From a virus (taxonomy: Duplodnaviria; Caudoviricetes), in IMG/VR virus record IMGVR_UViG_3300017651_000190, positions 1 through 44,641 of that record: 44,641 bases of DNA. The stretch is one strand, 5' to 3'. The translations under genes and the position numbers were made by a program. A model generated the notes under the pieces. That model had not been told where the DNA came from, did not search any database, and saw only the letters and a list, made by a program, of their open reading frames with translations. Shown here piece by piece: positions 26,657 to 34,174 of the stretch. The stretch's first letter is position 1. Each line of letters opens with the position of its first letter.

Positions 26657-27063
26657 TAGACGGGCGTCGGGCGGAGCTGGATGGTCAGACGGCGGGCAGG
26701 CTGACTGTCGAGCCAGAGCTCAGCAGCACCGATCTCGCCACGGTCCCTCATCGCCTCAAGGCGCGGCTTGATGACATCGTGATGCCAGCGGCATGCGGAT
26801 TGCCACAAATCCCGATGCCAGAAGACGGACATGTCACCACGATGCGGTACGACATGGTCGACGACCTCGACCGCCCTCAGTTCGCCCACAGCCTGGCATC
26901 CAAGACAAAGCGGATGCTCGCGCTTATGCGCAGCGGCCGCCTTCTCCCAAGCGGTAGTATAGCCACGAGCACGGGACGAACCGCGCCGATGGTCATACTC
27001 CTGCACTGACTTATCGACAGCAGGAAGGTGCGACGGACGCCATGTCCGTGGCTTGCTTGGCAT
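26656..27063 (-). CDS. HNH endonuclease (terminase-associated, HK97 gp74-like)
   Basis: RGSS.ARGY...W, PLC..C, VVDHVVPHRGD..FW...WQ..C..HH. Confidence 0.92.
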   Translation of the reverse strand: MPSKPRTWRPSHLPAVDKSVQEYDHRRGSSRARGYTTAWEKAAAAHKREHPLCLGCQAVGELRAVEVVDHVVPHRGDMSVFWHRDLWQSACRWHHDVIKPRLEAMRDRGEIGAAELWLDSQPARRLTIQLRPTPV

Positions 27064-27195
27064 CGTGCGATATCCGGAATCATCACCATCGCGACCTACC
27101 AGACCGGGTGTCCCGGCGGCGGGTCTGGGGCCGATGGCGCTTCCCTCGCCTCTGGCGGGTGCGACTCTGTCGGCTCGTCCTGATGGATTCGGCTA

Positions 27196-27879
27196 TTACA
27201 GTTTGCTGATCTGCGCAAGATCGAGGTCGACCGACACCGAGCGTCCGAAGATCATCACCTCGATCACTGCCCTGCCCCGATCGTTCACTGCCTCGAAGAC
27301 GGCGGGAAACGAAGCGAACGAACCCTCGTCGATGCACACCTTGTCACCCGGCCGGAACGATCGCATCATCTCCTTGATCGCCTCAGGGTCGTGCTCGACA
27401 TCAGCACGCAATTTCAACATCTTGGCCTCTGAAACCGGGACCGGCTTCTCGGCACCGCCGATGACGCTTACGACACCTTTCAGGCCGGAAATCGCCTGCC
27501 AGCAGGCCGCGCACCACACGACCTTGATGAAGAGATAGCCCGGCAGGAACGGCACCGATCGGGCAACGGGACGCATGGTTCCGAAGCGTCCGCGACGCCG
27601 GACGATGCGCGTTTCCTGCGCCATCCAGCGCTCGATCTTCGCCGCCTCAAGCAGTTTGTCCACAGCATTGTCTTGGCCGGGCTTCACATGCAGCACATAC
27701 CAGCGCGCCGCAGGACCGACTTCTCCCGCCGCCGCAAGCAAGGCGCGCTGGCGCCGGGAGATCGCGATTCGGCGGTCGCTCTCCTGCCAGGCATGGGTGA
27801 TGTCGATCACCTCTCCCGTCGAGGTGTCGACCCAGCAGCGCCCCGCCTCACTCAGCCGCTTCTTGTCGATCGCCATCAT
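27196..27879 (-). CDS. NusG-family transcription antiterminator (phage late regulator)
   Basis: WYVLHVKPG, P.LPGYLF NGN domain; GDKV.I.EG.FASF...V.IFGR...V.L KOW domain; occupies the Q position. Confidence 0.9.
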   Translation of the reverse strand: MMAIDKKRLSEAGRCWVDTSTGEVIDITHAWQESDRRIAISRRQRALLAAAGEVGPAARWYVLHVKPGQDNAVDKLLEAAKIERWMAQETRIVRRRGRFGTMRPVARSVPFLPGYLFIKVVWCAACWQAISGLKGVVSVIGGAEKPVPVSEAKMLKLRADVEHDPEAIKEMMRSFRPGDKVCIDEGSFASFPAVFEAVNDRGRAVIEVMIFGRSVSVDLDLAQISKL

Positions 27880-29068
27880 CACCGTTCCCTCGCACCGCAT
27901 TCTCGAAAGCTTCCAGCCCGTCCGGCCCGCCGACCGGGAAGAACACGCCCGGATGCGAGCCGAAGTCGGGTATCCATGGCCAGCCGCGCCGCTCATATTC
28001 CGCCCGCCATGCGGCAAGCACCGACGATCCTACCGGGACGAACTCCGTCAGGCTGGCAAGCCACGCATCTTCCGCCGCGACCGTGATCGACTTCCGGTTC
28101 GCCACCGCCTCGTGCCAGCGCTTCACACGCGGCCAGCCGTGTTCGGCCTGCCGGCGCAGGCGCTCCGCCCGGCCGACATCGTCGTCGCGCTGCAGCATCT
28201 CACGCAGGAAGGCCGAGCTGGGCGGCGGTGCGGGTTGCGGGGCGACGGTGAGCAGCTCGCGATGGCACATCCCGGCCCAGTGCGGCCCCCAGGGCTTGCC
28301 CTCGACCGGCCCGGCATCGCCATCCACCGGATCGGCGACATCGTCGAACAGCCGCTTGCCGAAATAGGTCGAGGGCTGGTGGACATGGTCCTTGCCCTGC
28401 GCCTTCAGCAGCGCCAGCCAGGCCGGAAAGCGACGTTCGGCAATCTCCCGGTCCTCGGCCGACAGTGCGGCGAAAGCCTTGAGCCCGGTATCCTTCGGCA
28501 TGCCGCTGAGGCGGGGCCAGACCTTGATCATCCGCCAGTAGGCCGCCTCTATCTTTTTTCGATCTTCCTGATCGTCCCCTCTCTCCCGCGCGCCAGCGCG
28601 CTCGTCTTGAGAGGGTAAGGGCGGTTCTAAGGGCGGTTCTTCCTTATGGGCCCGGAACTGGCTGCCGGTAGGATGCGCCCCATTGCCGGTAGGTTCGGTG
28701 TCCGGTTGCCGGTTGGTCCTACCGGCAGAATCTGCCGGTAGGCTGTCGCCGTCCTTCAGCGCGCGGCACCGCTCCGCGCCGTCGATCACATTGCGGTCGA
28801 GGCGCAGCACGATCCAGTCCGCGGCGCGCGCGCCGTTCGGCTTTTGCTGATGCCGACGCTCCAGCAGGCCCCATTCCTCAAGCCGCTGAAGCCACTCGCG
28901 CGCCGTGCGCTCGGAGACCTCCGCAGACGCCGAAAGGTCGGCCTGGCTCGCCCATCCCTTGATAAGCCCTTCCGGGTCGGCATAGTCGGCAAGGCACATC
29001 AGGATCGACTTCGCCGACGGCGAGCCGAGCCGCTGATCCTTAGCCCATGCGGATGCCTTCCAACTCAT
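27848..29068 (-). CDS. Phage replication initiator (N-terminal winged HTH)
   Basis: MSWKASAWA...AKSILMCLADYAD...SQ..L....SERT...L..LE..GL; internal iterons. Confidence 0.85.
   Translation of the reverse strand: MSWKASAWAKDQRLGSPSAKSILMCLADYADPEGLIKGWASQADLSASAEVSERTAREWLQRLEEWGLLERRHQQKPNGARAADWIVLRLDRNVIDGAERCRALKDGDSLPADSAGRTNRQPDTEPTGNGAHPTGSQFRAHKEEPPLEPPLPSQDERAGARERGDDQEDRKKIEAAYWRMIKVWPRLSGMPKDTGLKAFAALSAEDREIAERRFPAWLALLKAQGKDHVHQPSTYFGKRLFDDVADPVDGDAGPVEGKPWGPHWAGMCHRELLTVAPQPAPPPSSAFLREMLQRDDDVGRAERLRRQAEHGWPRVKRWHEAVANRKSITVAAEDAWLASLTEFVPVGSSVLAAWRAEYERRGWPWIPDFGSHPGVFFPVGGPDGLEAFENAVRGNGDDGDRQEAAE
28616..28742. repeat. Iteron cluster / probable replication origin within the initiator gene
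   Basis: TGCCGGTAGG at 28663, 28684 and 28733; TGCCGGTTGG at 28707; inverted copy at 28718; tandem AGGGCGGTTCT x2 just before. Confidence 0.75.
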
Positions 29069-29553
29069 GCCGTCACCCATGCCGGCATGCATTCAAGGAT
29101 ATGAAGGCGCTTTTTCGTGATACCGCAGAAGCGCCATCCGGCCTGATAGAAGCAATGTCCCCATGTCGGGCGGCTGGCGCGCCATGTCGGCTTCACCTCC
29201 CGCGGATCGACAAAGGTGAAGAAGCGCTCGCCGGGGAACCTGTGCCACGCCCGCACCATGGCGGCGCGCAGAAGATCAGTCGCCAGTTCGCCGCCTTCGC
29301 GCCGGAAGATATTACATTCAACGCCGGTCTGCCCATCCTGCCGGATGTCCGCCTTTCGCCACGAGCAGACAGACAATGCATCTGCAGTGATCAGCAGCAG
29401 CTTGAAGCCAGGACCAATGATTAGTCTGGGCTGCTTGCGTCCGGGCACGCGATATCTGTTGGAATAGTGACGCGCGAAGAGGTCGCGCGCGGTGGGGTTG
29501 CCATCGAGCACCTCAAGCCATCCCTCTGCGAGCAAATCGGGCTGGCCGTTCAT
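29065..29553 (-). CDS. Mom-like GNAT-fold putative DNA-modification protein
   Basis: RHYS...GPG, VEC..FR.E, TFVD, G.CFYQAGW..CG.T pattern resembles Mom-like proteins; coupled to the C5-MTase by an ATGA overlap. Confidence 0.55.
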   Translation of the reverse strand: MNGQPDLLAEGWLEVLDGNPTARDLFARHYSNRYRVPGRKQPRLIIGPGFKLLLITADALSVCSWRKADIRQDGQTGVECNIFRREGGELATDLLRAAMVRAWHRFPGERFFTFVDPREVKPTWRASRPTWGHCFYQAGWRFCGITKKRLHILECMPAWVTA

Positions 29554-31703
29554 TCCGCCGCCTCCATGAAGGGCTCCGCGTCCACGCCCCACTCGAGCGG
29601 CGGCCTGTAGTTCGACACGATGACGGCGGCGGCCGGCTTCTCGCAGACGGAATTGCCGATCTTGTGCCGCTGCTCGGTCTCCGAAAGCGGTTTGCCCCTG
29701 AAGATCGGGTCGAGGATATGGCTGTCGGGAAAGCCCTGCGCACGGGCGAGCTCGCGCGGCGTGAGCATACGCATGCCGATGTCGACGATGATGTAGACGA
29801 CGCCGCGGATCGACAGCGTCACGACCTCGCCGCCGTCCCAGCACCCGTGCCGGCGCAGGAACGTTGCGACCTGGCGCGCTCGCTTCCACTGGGCCTCCGT
29901 CAGCGGCGGGATGGCCGCATCAGCGACAGCAAGGCCGAACCGATCGTGTGTCGTCGCGGCCCATGACGGTTGATCGACTGGGAAGCCGTCGCCATTCCCG
30001 TAGTAGGCCGTCATCAGCGGAAGCGTCACGACGGCGGAGTGCTGGCCGCCCGCGCAGACCGCAGGGTGGGCATCCTCACAGGAGCCGTCCCGCCGTTCAC
30101 TGCCCTTGAGCGACAACATCGATGCGGCGACGATCTGCTGCTGGGAGCCTTCGACGGTCGCTGTCGACATCGGCTTTCCGGCTGGCCGCCCTATGGGCGC
30201 GCGCGGGCCGCCGTTGTGCTGCGCGAGATAGACCGCCGCCAAGCTGCCCTGGTTGCCGTCGGGCACCGGCGTCGGGGCAGGCCGGTCGATACCGACGCTG
30301 CGCGGCTCCTGACCGTCGCGCTCGCCATAGCGCGGCACGAGATAGGGAACGACGATCTGGTTCTGATCGCCATCCGACGCCGCAATGGTATGGACGGGCT
30401 CGCCGGCTGCCCGATTGCCGCCGCCGTGCTGGCCGCGGCTGACGAAAGGGACCGCGGCCGCGGTCGTCAGGCCGATCGGCGCGGCGCCGCCGGGTCGCTT
30501 GATGAAACTGTTCGCCGTCGCCGTCGGCAGCGGAACCGTGACTGGCTTGCCAATGCTGTCGCCGCGGAAAACGGCAACATGGGGCATCACAACCGCCTGA
30601 TTGTTGCCGCCCGCATGCACAGTCGTGAGAGGCTCGTCGGTCCCGTACCAGCGGCGTCCACCGGAATCGCCATGAGCCAGACCGAGGACGAAGGCGTCGT
30701 CGCCGGCGTCGATGACATGCCGCTTCACCCCATAGGCAAGCCGCGCATCGGTTTTCACGGCGAGGGGCCGGATAACGCGCTTGCCGGTGCGCTTCGTGTA
30801 TTCGCGGCCCTCTTCCTTCGTCATGAAGATCGAAGGGCAGTCGAGCGACCAGTCGAGAATGTCGGCGGCCACGGGCCATGGCTTGAGCCGGCCCGACATC
30901 ACGGCCTCGGACTTCGGGTCGCCATGGGACGGCTCCGGCCATTCGACCGGCTGGCCGTCGCGCCGGGCCACCAGCTTCAGGCGCTTGCGGATCGTCGGAT
31001 CGCCATACTCGCAGGCGACGATCTCCTTCCATCCGACCGAGTATCCGAAACGCGACAGCGCATGCACGAACTGGTGGAAGGTCCAGCCGATCCGCTCCGG
31101 ATCGCGCATAAAACCCTTGCCGTCAGGCCGCTCGATCAGCGGCGACCATTTCGCGAAGGCGCTGACGTTTTCGAGGCATATGACCCATGGCCGCTGCCAG
31201 TCCGGCAGCTCCTTGAGCCACTTCACCGCCACCCATGCCAGGTCGCGCACGGCGCGCGACGTGATCGGCCCGCCCTTGGCGGACGAATGGTCGCGGCAGT
31301 CCGGCGACAGCCACAGCAGGCCGAACAGGTCGTCGCCCAGCGTCTCCCGCATCGAGACCTGCCAGACATTGGCGGGCAGGTGCACCGTGTCGGGATGGTT
31401 CGCCGCGTGCATGCAGAGCGCCGCGTCGTCATGGTTGACGGCGAAGTCGACATCGAGCGGATGGCCTGTCGGCAGAAACTCCAGGGCATCGAGCTGCTGA
31501 AGCGCAAGGCGGATGCCGTTCGACGCCCCGCCGCCGCCGGCGAAGCTATCGACGACACGCACGCGGCGTGCGCCTCTCCGGGCTGGCGGGATGACCGGCA
31601 GGGGCACCCGCGCGGCAGGGTATGAGCCGGGGCAAGGAAGGCAGCGCCAGCGCTGCTTCGCCGGCACGGCTTCCATGGCGAACAGGTCCGGATGAGCGTT
31701 CAA
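29550..31703 (-). CDS. DNA (cytosine-5) methyltransferase, large phage type
   Basis: Motif I DSFAGGGG, IV SPDC, VI ENV, VIII PTIRKRL, IX/X RMLTPREL.RAQGFP...IGNSV; TTG start overlapping the upstream stop. Confidence 0.92.
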   Translation of the reverse strand: MNAHPDLFAMEAVPAKQRWRCLPCPGSYPAARVPLPVIPPARRGARRVRVVDSFAGGGGASNGIRLALQQLDALEFLPTGHPLDVDFAVNHDDAALCMHAANHPDTVHLPANVWQVSMRETLGDDLFGLLWLSPDCRDHSSAKGGPITSRAVRDLAWVAVKWLKELPDWQRPWVICLENVSAFAKWSPLIERPDGKGFMRDPERIGWTFHQFVHALSRFGYSVGWKEIVACEYGDPTIRKRLKLVARRDGQPVEWPEPSHGDPKSEAVMSGRLKPWPVAADILDWSLDCPSIFMTKEEGREYTKRTGKRVIRPLAVKTDARLAYGVKRHVIDAGDDAFVLGLAHGDSGGRRWYGTDEPLTTVHAGGNNQAVVMPHVAVFRGDSIGKPVTVPLPTATANSFIKRPGGAAPIGLTTAAAVPFVSRGQHGGGNRAAGEPVHTIAASDGDQNQIVVPYLVPRYGERDGQEPRSVGIDRPAPTPVPDGNQGSLAAVYLAQHNGGPRAPIGRPAGKPMSTATVEGSQQQIVAASMLSLKGSERRDGSCEDAHPAVCAGGQHSAVVTLPLMTAYYGNGDGFPVDQPSWAATTHDRFGLAVADAAIPPLTEAQWKRARQVATFLRRHGCWDGGEVVTLSIRGVVYIIVDIGMRMLTPRELARAQGFPDSHILDPIFRGKPLSETEQRHKIGNSVCEKPAAAVIVSNYRPPLEWGVDAEPFMEAAE

Positions 31704-32251
31704 ACCACCTCCCTCCCCTTCCATGCGTAGAACTCGGCCCGCAGCGCCTTCCAGCGCGACAGCGCCGCGTCGCTTTCGTTGATCTCGCGGCGCGAGGTGA
31801 CGACGAGCAGGCTGCGCAGCTTCTGCGCCGTGCGCTCGTCGGAGGCCGGGCTTTCCAGCCCGTGCCGCTCCATCAGGAAGCGCTTGAAGGCCGGCACGGC
31901 GCACAGCATCGAGGCCTCGGCGGCGTAGTTCCTGCCACCCTGCCCCGCCTCCGCACCCGGCCGGGCGGCAGCATCGTCGACGGCGGGCGGCGCCAGCGCC
32001 TTCACCCGCTTCGCACAGCGGTCCAGCAGGCCGAGCAGGAAGCGCAGGTCCTGCGGCGCATGGGCGGCCACCTGCATCTCGTCGGCGGTGGCGAGGCTGG
32101 CGAAATCGGCGAGGCCGACCATCTCGCTGCCATTGCGGGCATAGATCCGCATGCGCCCGTCTTCCGCGCCGAGAGCCCATTCCGCCCCGTCCAGTGCGGC
32201 CAGCCGGTCGCGGATGCCGGCAAGCTGCCTCGCCTCCTGCACCCGGTTCAT
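31700..32251 (-). CDS. Hypothetical phage protein
   Basis: Translationally coupled ORF (NYAAEASMLC..PAF.RFL...SR.E.N motif). Confidence 0.7.
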   Translation of the reverse strand: MNRVQEARQLAGIRDRLAALDGAEWALGAEDGRMRIYARNGSEMVGLADFASLATADEMQVAAHAPQDLRFLLGLLDRCAKRVKALAPPAVDDAAARPGAEAGQGGRNYAAEASMLCAVPAFKRFLMERHGLESPASDERTAQKLRSLLVVTSRREINESDAALSRWKALRAEFYAWKGREVV

Positions 32252-32745
32252 GCGCCGCCCTCCGCCAATATCCGCAGCACGGCCGCGAGCGGGCAGCCGA
32301 TCAGGTCGGCGATGCGTTCCGGCGCGAGATCGGGATAGGCGCGGCGCAGATCAAGGATCGCGGCGCGGCGCGCGGCGCGCGCACGGTCGGAGTGCGAACT
32401 GCGCAGCACGGCAAGCGAAATACCCTCAGCATCCGCCGCGCCGTGCACGATGGCGATGCCGCTGGCCGGGCCATGGTCGAGTGCGGCAAGCCCGTCGATA
32501 TCGGGCAGGCTGTCGAGGATCGCCCGCGCCTCCTCCTTGGCGGCGGCGAATATGCTCTCTACCTCGCGCGCCGCGCGCTCCTGTGCCTGGGCGATCACCG
32601 CCCGCGCCCGCTCTTCGGCATCAGCCAGCACCGCGGCGACGCGACGTGCATCGCGCCGGCCGACCGCGCGGCGGGCAAACGCCGCCTCCAGCGAGGACCG
32701 CGCCACAGGCGCATGCACCGGAAGGTCTTTCAGCCGGGCGGTCAC
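32248..32745 (-). CDS. Hypothetical protein with coiled coil and C-terminal HTH-like region
   Basis: GTGA overlap; repeated RARAI heptads; C-terminal PDL..ERIA.L.G motif. Confidence 0.65.
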   Translation of the reverse strand: MTARLKDLPVHAPVARSSLEAAFARRAVGRRDARRVAAVLADAEERARAVIAQAQERAAREVESIFAAAKEEARAILDSLPDIDGLAALDHGPASGIAIVHGAADAEGISLAVLRSSHSDRARAARRAAILDLRRAYPDLAPERIADLIGCPLAAVLRILAEGGA

Positions 32746-33449
32746 AGATCGAATCCCTGCTGCACCGGCGCTGCCGGGCGATCCGGTTCGATAAATATGT
32801 CCGGCTGAGCATAGGCCTTGCGGATACGCACGCAGGCGATTTCGAAATAGCCCTCGTCAATCTCGATGCCGATGAACTTACGGCCGAGCTTTACGCAGGC
32901 AACGCCGGTCGTGCCGGAACCCATATACGGGTCGAGAACCGCGAGCGAGGTTGACAGTTGCTCCACGCACCAAGCCATCAACGCAATCGGCTTCTGGGTG
33001 GGATGCCAGCGCTCCTTGCCCCCCTTTTCAGAAGCCTTCGCCAACCCCTTCCACAGATGAGAGAAGATGCGGTCTTTGCCCCGACCCACACGCCAAGCGA
33101 ACTCAACATCTGAAAACGAGTCAAAAGCAGGGATGCCCGCAAGCTTGTCCCATGCGAGCCACCGCCCGTGAGGCAAGCGCGCTGCGTAGTGATTTGCTCC
33201 CCAAAGGATCGCGTCATCAAACCGAAGGAGCGGCACTGGATCGAACGGGCGATCGTCACCAACGACAGGCTTCAAGTTGCGGACATCGTGCTTCCCGCCA
33301 CCGCCCCCTGAATGCGCATAGGCTATGCCGTAGGGAGGATCACTGACCACAGCGATGCCCCCCCCACTGAGAGACGGCAGAACCTCCCGACAGTCGCCAA
33401 GCAACAGCCGGCAAGCCCCAATGACGACCTCTTTGCGGATCGCGGTCAT
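32742..33449 (-). CDS. DNA amino-methyltransferase (N6-A/N4-C, beta class)
   Basis: GDCREVL, SDPPYG, HPTQKP..LM, DPYMGSGTTG, FIGIE motifs. Confidence 0.93.
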   Translation of the reverse strand: MTAIRKEVVIGACRLLLGDCREVLPSLSGGGIAVVSDPPYGIAYAHSGGGGGKHDVRNLKPVVGDDRPFDPVPLLRFDDAILWGANHYAARLPHGRWLAWDKLAGIPAFDSFSDVEFAWRVGRGKDRIFSHLWKGLAKASEKGGKERWHPTQKPIALMAWCVEQLSTSLAVLDPYMGSGTTGVACVKLGRKFIGIEIDEGYFEIACVRIRKAYAQPDIFIEPDRPAAPVQQGFDL

Positions 33450-33727
33450 GGCTCACCTCGCGCGATCGCCACGAGGCGCAGGCGCGACGCGGTCATCGGC
33501 ATCGCCACCTCCGGCGGCAGCAGCCCTTCGCCATCGCGCACCGCTGCCAACACGGCGGAGCGGCAGGCAACATAGGTGATGCCCTCCCGGAACAGCGCGG
33601 CGGTGCAGATCGTCGAAAGCAGCAGCGCGTCGCGGGCAACGACCACGTCCGGCAGGCGCAGTAACAGCGCGGCGCGATCGGCATCGGTCGCGGCGTGCCG
33701 TAACTGAGCGAGAAGCGGCAGCGTCAC
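33446..33727 (-). CDS. Hypothetical protein
   Basis: Coupled ORF with 4-nt overlaps on both sides. Confidence 0.6.
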   Translation of the reverse strand: MTLPLLAQLRHAATDADRAALLLRLPDVVVARDALLLSTICTAALFREGITYVACRSAVLAAVRDGEGLLPPEVAMPMTASRLRLVAIARGEP

Positions 33728-34023
33728 CGTTCCGCCCTCCCCGTCTCACGGGAAACAGGCGCTGTAACAGCCTGATCCAGAATGGTTTTCATCGTCACGC
33801 GGCGCGAAGGCGCACGCACCAGGAAGGCGAAGGGATCGAGCCCCGCCATCTCGCACAGCAGCAGCACATTCCCGGCCGAGAGCGGCTTGCCGGCCACGGC
33901 GCGCGACAGCATGGCGCGGTCGGTGTCGGGCCATTTTTCGGTCGCGCGGCTGAAGGAATAGCCGAGCTGCTCCAGCCGGGCGGCGAGCGCATCGCCGAAC
34001 TGGTCGAAACGGAAGTCAGCCAT
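33724..34023 (-). CDS. XRE-like HTH DNA-binding protein
   Basis: YSFS.A......RAMLSRAVAGK.LS....L.LC...GLDP; GGAGG RBS. Confidence 0.7.
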   Translation of the reverse strand: MADFRFDQFGDALAARLEQLGYSFSRATEKWPDTDRAMLSRAVAGKPLSAGNVLLLCEMAGLDPFAFLVRAPSRRVTMKTILDQAVTAPVSRETGRAER

Positions 34024-34174
34024 GGCCGCCCTCCAGCTCGCGCCGCAGCGCCGCCTGCAAGGCGGCAAACTGCGCCGTCGTGTCGTCGGGCACCGGCGCG
34101 GGTTTCTGTCGGCGCCGGAAAAGCGCCAGCACGAGCATGCCAAAGGCGGTGATCGGGTCGCGGAAGCTGCTCAT
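34016..34174 (-). CDS. Small hypothetical membrane protein (52 aa), not in the ORF track
   Basis: ATGA overlap; MSSFRDPITAFGMLVLALFRRRQKP... Confidence 0.55.
   Translation of the reverse strand: MSSFRDPITAFGMLVLALFRRRQKPAPVPDDTTAQFAALQAALRRELEGGHG

Noticed and set aside
29554-29889. N-terminal extension of the Mom-like ORF (274 aa in the track)
   Set aside because: Overlaps the C5-MTase 3' end out of frame; the coupled ATG at 29553 with a GGAGG RBS is the better start
31704-32180. N-terminal extension making the C5-MTase 876 aa
   Set aside because: Overlaps gene 31700-32251 out of frame with Arg/Gly-rich nonsense composition; the TTG at 31703 has a GGAGG RBS and stop overlap
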